From: a bacterium
Lineage (GTDB): Bacteria; Patescibacteriota; Minisyncoccia; Minisyncoccales; CG1-02-41-26
Direction of reading: 5' to 3'
DNA: 64,000 nt
NCBI GenBank assembly: GCA_030619905.1
Contig: JAUXAO010000001.1
Coordinates: forward strand, 48,348-112,347
Shown: positions 37,273 through 45,995 of the stretch, piece by piece
Layout: each line of letters begins with the position of its first letter
Position numbering within the stretch: the stretch's first letter is position 1
Program-made: the position numbers and the translations under genes
Notes under the pieces: model-generated
Database searches by the model: none
What the model was told of the DNA's origin: nothing
The model's input: the letters and a program-made list of their open reading frames with translations, nothing else

Positions 37273-38361
37273 TTATTCTACGTTTTCTTTAATAAATTCT
37301 CTAATTTTTCTCAACCGCTGCTCATCTTTTACTGGTCTAAGCTCCTCTGTTCCATATATCTGAGCATATATTTTCCAAAGACCAGCGCAGTAATTATTTA
37401 AAAGACAAATATTGCATCTTTCTGGCTTTATCTTGCTTTTACTATGAAATTCTTTTGTAGCTAATTGATATTGTTTTTTTACTTTCCCATCGATTAATTT
37501 AATATTTTCTGGCTGGTCAATAATTTGTTGAGCTATAAAATATTGCTCATAATTCTTGAAAAAACATAAAGGAACCATTCCACAACTGGAAATACTAAAA
37601 AATATATCTTTCTTCTTGCAAAGATCCAAGGCTTTTAAAAAATAAGGTTCTACTTCTGAAAGCTTTGGAAATATATGTTTATTTTTCAAAGCGGCACCAG
37701 CAGGATAAATAAAAGAAAAAATTACACACTTTATTGCCGGAAAACAATTAGAAAGAAATTCAATAAAATCAGGAGTATCTTTGTAATTTTGTCTTGCGAT
37801 AATATGATAAATAGAAATATATGCCCCAAGATTCAAGAGATTCTCAATGCCTTTTATGGTCTTCTTAAAGGTATTAGGAGTATCAACCAAATATTCGGAA
37901 ATTTCTTTTTTATGAGAATGAAGAGAGACCGAAAAAGATGGTTGTGTTTTACGAAAAGCAGAAACTATTTTAGCAGCAAATTTCTTATCAGAAAATTTAA
38001 GGGCATTAGTTAAAATACAAATTTTTCTGAACCCTAAATCTTCTGCAAAACTGATCAGTTCAGGCAGGTCTTTTCTTAAAGTTGGCTCTCCTCCGTCAAA
38101 CTGTAATTCTTGATAATTTTCCTCATATCCCTTTTTAATTTCCTTTTTACATTCTTCCGTATCAAGAGTTATTTCAGGATCTTTACTTTCTCTTTTCACA
38201 CAAAAAAGACAATTCTCATTACAAGAAGAAAGTGAAGAAAAATAAAACTTTTTTACTCTTTTAAACATTGATGTTTTTGGCTCAGAGCCATAATTTCTTC
38301 TTGACCATACAAATCTAAATAATCTTTCCAAATCCCACCGCATTCCTTGTAAAACTTGCAT
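37273..38361 (-). CDS. radical SAM protein (short family); true start probably internal (MFKRVKK...)
   Basis: CNENCLFC; GGEPT; C-terminal CNICLLNNYCAGLWKIY. The track ORF overlaps the upstream gene by 109 nt. Confidence 0.75.
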   Translation of the reverse strand: MQVLQGMRWDLERLFRFVWSRRNYGSEPKTSMFKRVKKFYFSSLSSCNENCLFCVKRESKDPEITLDTEECKKEIKKGYEENYQELQFDGGEPTLRKDLPELISFAEDLGFRKICILTNALKFSDKKFAAKIVSAFRKTQPSFSVSLHSHKKEISEYLVDTPNTFKKTIKGIENLLNLGAYISIYHIIARQNYKDTPDFIEFLSNCFPAIKCVIFSFIYPAGAALKNKHIFPKLSEVEPYFLKALDLCKKKDIFFSISSCGMVPLCFFKNYEQYFIAQQIIDQPENIKLIDGKVKKQYQLATKEFHSKSKIKPERCNICLLNNYCAGLWKIYAQIYGTEELRPVKDEQRLRKIREFIKENVE

Positions 38362-39224
38362 TTCACGCAGATACCTATTCTTTCCTTATGGATATCTGTA
38401 TAGATGTCATCTTCCTTTTTTTTAAATCTCACAGGTTTATATCCTATTTGTTTGGCAATGTTTTTCCTACCTTCAGCTGTAATAAAAGTAGTATGAAGAT
38501 TATCTTTTATTTCCGATTTAAAAAGACAAAGAGGGAAATCAAAAAAAGTAACAAGATCAAATTTATTTAAGATGCTTTCAAGATTATTTAAGGCGTCTGA
38601 TAAATCATTCATTCTCACCACTAATGTCTCATAGAAATCTTTTGCATAGCCGTCGGGAATAAGGTCTAAAATATTGAAAAATTTAATTTTTAAAGAGAGG
38701 ATAAACTTCCCCATATCAGTAAGATGAGAATAGTTCAACTTGGAAATTACCGTGTTTACAATAATTATCACTTCAGGAAACTTTTGAATGTTTTTTATTC
38801 CTTGAATAGTTTGTTCAAAAGCATTAGGAGTACGAGTGACAGCATTATGAATTTTTGCATTGTGCCCATAAAGGGAAAAATTGATTCGCCTTACACCATT
38901 TTTAATCAATTCCTCGGCAAAATCATTATAACTCAACATTCTTCCATTGGTACTCAGGGCTATATCTTTATAACCTAAATCTTTAGCAGATTTTATTAAA
39001 TCTAAAATATCTTTTCTTATAGTTGGTTCACCACCAGTAAATTCTACTCTTCTAAAGCCCTGCTTTATGCCTTTTTGAAGATCGTCTAATATTTCTTGAG
39101 TAGTCCTGTCTTTATAATTCTTCTCTTTGGGCTTAGTGGTACACATAATACAGTTATTATTACATGAAAACCCAAGCATGGCTAAAAATACTTGATCTGA
39201 TGGTTTATTTAAAGATTGAGGCAT
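38253..39224 (-). CDS. radical SAM protein (short family)
   Basis: CNNNCIMC; GGEPT; C-terminal CVKCKFYKECGGIWKDY. Confidence 0.8.
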   Translation of the reverse strand: MPQSLNKPSDQVFLAMLGFSCNNNCIMCTTKPKEKNYKDRTTQEILDDLQKGIKQGFRRVEFTGGEPTIRKDILDLIKSAKDLGYKDIALSTNGRMLSYNDFAEELIKNGVRRINFSLYGHNAKIHNAVTRTPNAFEQTIQGIKNIQKFPEVIIIVNTVISKLNYSHLTDMGKFILSLKIKFFNILDLIPDGYAKDFYETLVVRMNDLSDALNNLESILNKFDLVTFFDFPLCLFKSEIKDNLHTTFITAEGRKNIAKQIGYKPVRFKKKEDDIYTDIHKERIGICVKCKFYKECGGIWKDYLDLYGQEEIMALSQKHQCLKE

Positions 39225-39227
39225 AAA

Positions 39228-40145
39228 TTAAATTTTTGTATTTTTAGTTTCTACTGGTTTAAATTCTTCCCAGCCAAAAATTTGGGGATATTCTTTCCAT
39301 GGACCTTCACAAATTTTGAAATATTTACATTTTGAACAGTTCGGACCTTTGAGTTTCCCTTCTCTCCTTCTATATTCGCCATAATCCTCAATAGACCATT
39401 CAGCATCATAGACCGACCCATTTGGGATTCCCTTTTCAGCAATATAATCTTCATAGCCTTTCATAAAACAATAAGGAATAGCTTCAGTCATTACTCTTAC
39501 CCCTGCATCTATACCAATTTGAAGACCTTTTCTAACATAAGACATTATTTTGGATTTTCGAGGAACAATTTCATCTATTAATTTTTTATTTTCTAAAAGG
39601 ATATGATTAATGTGGATAAAAGCGAATTGGAATTGGTCAACTCCTAGACTTACCAGAAGTTTTGCAATCTGGGGGAGATATCTATAATTAGGTTTGGTAA
39701 TCACCGTATTCATGAGAATACGTTGACCTAACGATTTAAGATTCTTTATACCGGTAGTACTCTGCTTAAAACTTCCAGGAACAGTAGTTAAACTATCGTG
39801 AAGTTTAGCATTATGACCATGTAGGGCTAAAGCAAATTCGTTAGCTCCTTTTTTAATTAAATTCTCACAAAACTTTTTATAAGCAAACATCCGTCCATTG
39901 GTCTGAATCTGAATTACCTTAAAATCTAATTCCTTTGCATATTTAACAAGATCTGGTAAGTCTTTTCTAATAGTTGGTTCGCCACCGGTAAAAACTAGTG
40001 CCTCATGTTTTTTCCGGGCCTCTCTTAAAATCCTTTTAATTTCTTTAGTAGTTTTATCAGGGTATTCCTCTCTTTTATTTCCTTGGACGCAAAATCGACA
40101 ACGATTATTACATTGAAAACCTACTTTTATATCTACTCTCTGCAT
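39228..40145 (-). CDS. radical SAM protein (short family)
   Basis: CNNRCRFC; GGEPT; C-terminal CSKCKYFKICEGPWKEY. Confidence 0.8.
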   Translation of the reverse strand: MQRVDIKVGFQCNNRCRFCVQGNKREEYPDKTTKEIKRILREARKKHEALVFTGGEPTIRKDLPDLVKYAKELDFKVIQIQTNGRMFAYKKFCENLIKKGANEFALALHGHNAKLHDSLTTVPGSFKQSTTGIKNLKSLGQRILMNTVITKPNYRYLPQIAKLLVSLGVDQFQFAFIHINHILLENKKLIDEIVPRKSKIMSYVRKGLQIGIDAGVRVMTEAIPYCFMKGYEDYIAEKGIPNGSVYDAEWSIEDYGEYRRREGKLKGPNCSKCKYFKICEGPWKEYPQIFGWEEFKPVETKNTKI

Positions 40146-40154
40146 ATTTAAAAA

Positions 40155-41297
40155 TTATTTAAATAATTGCCAGCATTGAGGGTCTGGCAAAAATTGAGGA
40201 TCTTCCAAGTAAGAATCTTTCCAGTATCCATAACTTACACATTTAGCTCCTCCTTGACATTTATCAAAATAAGTACAACTTTGACAACGAGTGTTTATAT
40301 TCCTTGGATTTCTTAATTTTTTCAATTCTTCAGATTTATAGAATATTTCTTCTAAAGATTGTTTTAAAACACTACCAACATAAATTGGCAATCTCCGGCA
40401 GGGATAAACATCACCATTTGGTAAAATTGTCAAAGAAGAGTATCCAGCTACACAGGTATTTGCCTTATATCCTTCCTGGGCTAAAATTCCATCTTCGCAA
40501 CCTATGCCTACACTCAGTTTCGATTTCTGATTGATTAACTTTCTATTAGTTTTCAGAAGGGAGAGATACAATCTTTTTGTCTCTTGAGGAGAAAGGATTA
40601 ATTTCTTCATTTCTTCTCCTCTGCCAAGAGGAATGAATCTTCTTAATCCTAGACTATTTACTCCTAACTTTCTAGCCAGTTCAATTAATAAAGAAATATC
40701 TCTTAAATTCTGTTTAGTCACTGTTACTGAAATACCCGTATTAATTCTATTTTTAACTAGTAATTCTATTGCTTTTGCTATTTTTTTAAAAGTTCCTTTG
40801 CCCCGAATTTCATCATTTTTCTCTCTCATGCCTTCTAAACTTACCTGAGCATAATCAATCTTGAATCTGTTAAGTTTAATTATTTTCTTATCGTCAAGTA
40901 ATATACCATTAGTAAGGATTCCATATCTAGTTTTTTCTCTATTTTGGTAACATTTCTTCAGAAATTCAAAAAAATCATCTCTGAGCAATGGTTCGCCACC
41001 AGTAATAGAAATTCTTGATTTGTCGCAGGGAAGGTTCCATTTTTTTAGAAGTTTCATGTAATTATCAAGAATTTCAAAAAGCTTACTTAAAAAAAGCTCA
41101 TTTTTCAAAAATTTCTCATCAAAATAACAATGCTTACAGGACAAATTGCATCTTTCCGTAATATGCCATTGTAGATGGAAAGAATCTGGTTGATATTGAG
41201 ATTCAGTAAACATTTTCTTATAATAACACACTAGTCCTATTCTGAGAAATATTTTTTGGATTATACTTTCAAAATAGAAAATCCCTTGCCAAAACAA
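40155..41297 (-). CDS. radical SAM/SPASM-domain peptide-maturase-like protein
   Basis: CNLSCKHC; GGEPL; SPASM-type C-terminus (CVAGYSSLTILPNGDVYPC ... CQSCTYFDKCQGGAKC). Confidence 0.8.
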   Translation of the reverse strand: MFWQGIFYFESIIQKIFLRIGLVCYYKKMFTESQYQPDSFHLQWHITERCNLSCKHCYFDEKFLKNELFLSKLFEILDNYMKLLKKWNLPCDKSRISITGGEPLLRDDFFEFLKKCYQNREKTRYGILTNGILLDDKKIIKLNRFKIDYAQVSLEGMREKNDEIRGKGTFKKIAKAIELLVKNRINTGISVTVTKQNLRDISLLIELARKLGVNSLGLRRFIPLGRGEEMKKLILSPQETKRLYLSLLKTNRKLINQKSKLSVGIGCEDGILAQEGYKANTCVAGYSSLTILPNGDVYPCRRLPIYVGSVLKQSLEEIFYKSEELKKLRNPRNINTRCQSCTYFDKCQGGAKCVSYGYWKDSYLEDPQFLPDPQCWQLFK

Positions 41298-41311
41298 ACT
41301 GACAAGGGATT

Positions 41312-42502
41312 TTAATCACGTCCTACTATTTTTGAGAGACATCTGATTGATCCGCCAAATTTGGTAATTCCCATACCTATTTCTACTTCTTTTACTCTAA
41401 AACCTAAAGATTCGTAAATTTCTATTGCCTTCTTATCTAGTGACTCTATCCCGTATATTGGTAAATACACAACTTTTTCCTTTCCTTTTTCTTCAATTAG
41501 AACATTATTATATGTAATAAAATGAGCAAATCTCCCGTGCAAAATCTGAGTAGAATAAATAACTCCAAAGTAAGGTATTCTTATTACTCGAAATCCCTGA
41601 TTTTCAAGTTTATCTTTTGCCTTCTCTAGTGCTCCAGAGATATCTTCGGAAAGATTTAATTCAATCTGTTTTCTAAAAATCGGTGAATCAAGAATTGAAG
41701 GATCACCTGTTTTAAGCAATAAATCTACTGCTAATCTTGAATCTCCTAAAAGCAGAGTCTTCTTTCCGATTGGAGTTAAATACATATCGATATGATCAAA
41801 TGGGGCTCTATGATTCTTGTCTCCAATGATAACCACATTTTTACCAAACATTTCTTCTAATTTCTGGATGATTTCTTGTTCATCTAATTCTAATCTACTA
41901 TTTTCCTCAATCAGAGAATATCCTATGAATACATTTCTATCATTAGATACGATGTTCCCGCCATCGAAATCTAGATCGGATACAATACTTGTCATATGAG
42001 GATATGTTTCAGATAAAGCCCTTGAAACCGCTGAATACCTTTCTGATGCAGGCACTATAAGTGTAATTCCTTTATCTTTGTTTTTAACAATAACATACCC
42101 ATCTTGTCCCCAAGGAGAAAGTTTTTCCTCGCTTTCTGGAATCAGTAATGTTCTAATAGTATTGTGGATATTCCATTTGTCTTTTATTATTTCGGGCAAT
42201 CTTTCAAAATACGACTGAGATTCGGTAATTATAGTTATCTCTACATTACTATCAAGTTCTTCTAGTATCGATCGGAAGTAACTTAGTGAGACAGACCAAA
42301 AATAATTGTTTTTTGATTGTGGAATCTGAAATACAATGTGTTGAATTTTACCTTGATTGTCTGATAATATCTTCTCTGTTTCATATCTCCGAAAAATAAG
42401 GTCTGCAAATCCGGGAACGGTCTCATTCAAAACGACCAATAAGATTATCAAAAAAATCAACGAAACTACCAAAAATGATTGTCTCTTCATCTTTTTCACC
42501 AC
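41312..42502 (-). CDS. guanidino-group-modifying enzyme superfamily protein (agmatine deiminase / PAD_porph-like), membrane-anchored
   Basis: N-terminal TM helix; WGQDG, DFDGGNIVSNDRNVFIG, HIDMYL and C-terminal GGSIRCLS (catalytic Cys in a GGxIHCxT-like context). Confidence 0.55.
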   Translation of the reverse strand: MVKKMKRQSFLVVSLIFLIILLVVLNETVPGFADLIFRRYETEKILSDNQGKIQHIVFQIPQSKNNYFWSVSLSYFRSILEELDSNVEITIITESQSYFERLPEIIKDKWNIHNTIRTLLIPESEEKLSPWGQDGYVIVKNKDKGITLIVPASERYSAVSRALSETYPHMTSIVSDLDFDGGNIVSNDRNVFIGYSLIEENSRLELDEQEIIQKLEEMFGKNVVIIGDKNHRAPFDHIDMYLTPIGKKTLLLGDSRLAVDLLLKTGDPSILDSPIFRKQIELNLSEDISGALEKAKDKLENQGFRVIRIPYFGVIYSTQILHGRFAHFITYNNVLIEEKGKEKVVYLPIYGIESLDKKAIEIYESLGFRVKEVEIGMGITKFGGSIRCLSKIVGRD

Positions 42503-42669
42503 CTCTTTTATTTTTAATTTTCTGAAAATAAGAAATTCTTATATTTTCTTATTTTCCAATCTCTATTATAGCGCAAAATTAAACTGATGTCAAGATTCTA
42601 TTTTTCAATTAAAGGAATTCTTGTTTAAATCAATCTGCTGAGAAGATAATATGCTTTATTTTGATATAT

Positions 42670-43599
42670 CTATCTGCTCTGATTAAGATCCTTAATTTCG
42701 ACAATAGGGTGATAAAAATCATCTTCTGTCTTAATGGGTATCTTTTTTCTAATAGGTATAAATTCTTTACCTCCTACTAATTTTAAATAATCTTTATGAA
42801 TACCTAAACAATATTTTTTGTATAAGCATTTATTACAAGAAGGTAAAAAAGTAACCTCATCTTTACGCAGAGTTCTCCAATGATATTTCCATAAATTAAA
42901 ATCAATAGTGCATAAAGGGAAATGATATAAGCGAAGCTCTTTAAATTTTTTTTCCCATTTTTCAAACAAAGGTGGTAAATACTTTCTAATCTCTTTATAG
43001 GTAATACCCACCGTTTTAAAGTTCTCTCCGCATACCCCTTCCATCTCTTGAAAAAGGAGTACTACCCGGTCAACTGAAGGAAACTTATTTATTACTAAAT
43101 TAAGTATTTTATCTAAATATTTGTAATTTTGTCTGATAAGAATTATTCTTATTTCCAATTGGTGAGAATCGTTTTTATACTTCAAAACATTATGAATACC
43201 GGCTATTGTCTGGTTGAAGCTTCCTTTGACCCTAGTAATATTATCATGCATTCGAGCATTATAACCATGGATAGCTATTTCAAAAATAACATCATTTATA
43301 AAAAAACATTCTCTAGCGAATTTCGGATAACAAAACATCCTTCCGTTGGTGGCTACAACAACCTTCGTTTGGGGAAATTGTTTTCTGAACCATTTGAGTA
43401 ATCTTAAAAAATCGGGGTGAATAGTTGGCTCCCCTCCAGAGAGGTTAATTGTCTCTTCAATCTTCCCAAAAGATTTAATGTTCTGAATAATCTTTTCAAA
43501 CCTAAGAAGATCCGAATCTATTTCATTCTGAAAATTTGGAGAATTGGTGCACATTACGCAATTATTATTACATTTATTCCAAATCGAAATATCAGGCAT
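42670..43599 (-). CDS. radical SAM protein (short family 'MPxISIWNKC')
   Basis: CNNNCVMC; GGEPT; C-terminal CNKCLYKKYCLGIHKDYLKLVG. About 60% identical to 33299..34237. Confidence 0.8.
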   Translation of the reverse strand: MPDISIWNKCNNNCVMCTNSPNFQNEIDSDLLRFEKIIQNIKSFGKIEETINLSGGEPTIHPDFLRLLKWFRKQFPQTKVVVATNGRMFCYPKFARECFFINDVIFEIAIHGYNARMHDNITRVKGSFNQTIAGIHNVLKYKNDSHQLEIRIILIRQNYKYLDKILNLVINKFPSVDRVVLLFQEMEGVCGENFKTVGITYKEIRKYLPPLFEKWEKKFKELRLYHFPLCTIDFNLWKYHWRTLRKDEVTFLPSCNKCLYKKYCLGIHKDYLKLVGGKEFIPIRKKIPIKTEDDFYHPIVEIKDLNQSR

Positions 43600-43615
43600 G
43601 ATACAATTAAATAAT

Positions 43616-43762
43616 TTATTTTATTACTTTTAGCTCTTTATCTCCGTAATGTTTTAAATATTCCTTCCAAATTCCTTCACATTTATCGTATAATTTACAA
43701 GTTCGGCATTTTTCTGTTTTACCTTTAGCAATGATAATGAAAATCAATAATTTTTTCCATAT
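43616..43762 (-). pseudogene. remnant C-terminal fragment (about 45 aa) of an 'EGIWKEYLKHYGDKEL'-family rSAM gene
   Basis: The minus-strand translation ...AKGKTEKCRTCKLYDKCEGIWKEYLKHYGDKELKVIK* is nearly identical to the C-terminus of 45054..45995. It has no N-terminal part. Confidence 0.6.
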
Positions 43763-43765
43763 TCT

Positions 43766-44821
43766 TTAAATCCAACACATCGGGTCTGTTTCCAAATAAT
43801 CATCTCTTAAATTATGTGCCGTTCCTCTGCAACCACCACAAATATTTCGTTTTGGACATTTTCTACATTTACCCTTTAAATTATCTCTATTTCTTAATTT
43901 AAGAAAAAGTTCTGAGGTTAGCCAGAGATTTTTCAAATTATCCTTTCTCACATTCCCAACTTTAATCATTAATACAGGACAAGGAGTCACATCTCCAGTT
44001 GGAGTTATACATAAGCTCGTAACTCCTGCTCCACACCCACCATAAATACTTTTATAGGGACTCTTGGGATAATCGGGATCTAACAAACACTTTAACGGAT
44101 CACCGGTGCTAATTAACAATTTTCCCTCTAATTTTTTTTTATTTCTGTAAATCAATTTAAGTATTTTTTTGTTTTGTTCTTTAGTTAACGCTAAATAGCG
44201 ATTTTTTGCTCCTCTTCCAGTGGGAATAAATCGCTCCAAAGACAAGGCATTAACTTCTAATTTTAAAGCTAATTCAAAAAGTTTTTCTATTACAGGGCTT
44301 GTTTTTGTTAATGATGTTATAACTGAAACCATTGTAACTCTCATACCTTCTTTCTTGGCAATCTTAATTCCCTTAATTACTTTTCTAAATGTACCCTTTC
44401 CTCTTATTTCATCATTTAATTCAGCTGTGGGTCCATCAATACTGAAATGCATTTCTTCCATTCCAGCTTCTTTAAGTTTTTTTATAAGTCCCTTTGTAAC
44501 AATCGTTCCGTTAGTTGCTGTAGAAACTCGCAATCCAGCTTCAGAGGCTTTCTTTGTGTATTCTATGATGTGCTCATGCAACAAAGGTTCTCCACCTGAA
44601 AAAAAAAGCATCTTTACACCAGCTTCTATTATTTGATTAAGTACTTTTAAGCATTCTTCATGACTTAGCTCATCTCTCAGAGCTTTTCCGGAAAAAGAAC
44701 AGCATGTTTTGCACATTAGATTACATTTATGAGTAATTTCCCACACAACCATTATTAAACTATATTCCCTTTCTTTATTAACCATGTTTAAAAAAGTGTC
44801 AATTATTTTTTTACTTGCCAA
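43766..44821 (-). CDS. radical SAM/SPASM-domain protein (TTG start)
   Basis: CNLMCKTC; GGEPL; SPASM C-terminus (CGAGVTSLCITPTGDVTPC ... CRKCPKRNICGGC). Confidence 0.8.
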   Translation of the reverse strand: MASKKIIDTFLNMVNKEREYSLIMVVWEITHKCNLMCKTCCSFSGKALRDELSHEECLKVLNQIIEAGVKMLFFSGGEPLLHEHIIEYTKKASEAGLRVSTATNGTIVTKGLIKKLKEAGMEEMHFSIDGPTAELNDEIRGKGTFRKVIKGIKIAKKEGMRVTMVSVITSLTKTSPVIEKLFELALKLEVNALSLERFIPTGRGAKNRYLALTKEQNKKILKLIYRNKKKLEGKLLISTGDPLKCLLDPDYPKSPYKSIYGGCGAGVTSLCITPTGDVTPCPVLMIKVGNVRKDNLKNLWLTSELFLKLRNRDNLKGKCRKCPKRNICGGCRGTAHNLRDDYLETDPMCWI

Positions 44822-45053
44822 TTATTACTACAAATTTGCCTTTGATTTTACTACTAATTTTATCTTTCTAAATTTTTCCAATTACTCTCTTAATAGTGCA
44901 TTGGCAAATTATTTTAAATTTTCTAATCAATTTACGGTTGGACAATATAATTCTGGACATTATCTGGATCTAACTTAGAAGCTTTACTAAAATATTCTTC
45001 AACTTTTTCTAAATTTCCAAATAGAAATGTTAGGCATGATACAATTAAACAAT

Positions 45054-45995
45054 TCATTTTATTACCTTTAACTCTTTATCTCCGTAATGTTTTAAATATT
45101 CCTTCCAAATTCCTTCACATTTATCATATAATTTACAGTCCTGACATTTCTCCGTTTTGCTTTTAGCTAAATTTATTCTTGATTTTTCCACATTTAAATT
45201 AGTAAAATCTGGAGCAATATGTTCGGTACGGAAAATTTTCAATTCTTCTAATTCGCTTATCTGGTCTAAATAATCTCTAAAATAGCAAAGGGGAACATAT
45301 CGAATATGCCAGTGAGAAATATTATTTTTCCTCCCGATATCTAAACATTTGTGAGCATAGGGAGCTACTTCCGAAATTCGTGGGACAATTTTATCAAAGT
45401 TATCAAAGGCCGCTCCACAAGTTGGATCAACAAAAATAAACTCAGAATCTTTAAATCCTAAATTTAAAAGAAACTCTCCAATTTGAGGAAGATGTCGATA
45501 ATTTTGTTTAACTATAACAGTGTCTGAACCGAGATAAATATTTTTCAGTCTTAGTGCTTTTATATATTTTTTTACGTTTTCTAAACCTTTCTTTAATTTT
45601 TCGAAACTGCCAAGAACTTGTGTCAAAGAATCATGGAGTTCGGCTGTTTCACCATGAATAGAGAAAATAATGTTGTTCAGACCTGCTTTTAATATTTCTT
45701 TGGTAAAAGTTTCATAATAAAACATCATCCCATTAGTTGGAATAGTCATAACTAAAAACCCTAAGTTCCTAGCAAATTTTACTAAATCAATAATATCAGA
45801 CCTAATAGTCATTTCTCCTCCATTCAATTCTATGTAATCGGACCCTTTTTTTCTTGCTTTTATCATCTCTCTTTTTATTTCGTCACTAGTCTTGTCTGGG
45901 ATATCTCTCTTATTGGAATTAAGACAAAATAAACAGTGACAGTTACACCTATATCCAGCAATGATTACTGTTCTTTTTATTTTTTTTCTCTGCAT
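45054..45995 (-). CDS. radical SAM protein (short family '...EGIWKEYLKHYGDKEL')
   Basis: CNCHCLFC; GGEMT; C-terminal CQDCKLYDKCEGIWKEY. Confidence 0.8.
   Translation of the reverse strand: MQRKKIKRTVIIAGYRCNCHCLFCLNSNKRDIPDKTSDEIKREMIKARKKGSDYIELNGGEMTIRSDIIDLVKFARNLGFLVMTIPTNGMMFYYETFTKEILKAGLNNIIFSIHGETAELHDSLTQVLGSFEKLKKGLENVKKYIKALRLKNIYLGSDTVIVKQNYRHLPQIGEFLLNLGFKDSEFIFVDPTCGAAFDNFDKIVPRISEVAPYAHKCLDIGRKNNISHWHIRYVPLCYFRDYLDQISELEELKIFRTEHIAPDFTNLNVEKSRINLAKSKTEKCQDCKLYDKCEGIWKEYLKHYGDKELKVIK

Noticed and set aside
44784-44978. 64-aa ORF in the 232-nt gap downstream of 45054..45995
   Set aside because: The region is interpreted as decayed remnant sequence (it contains the MPNISIW fragment on the other strand), and the ORF has no start context or conservation.
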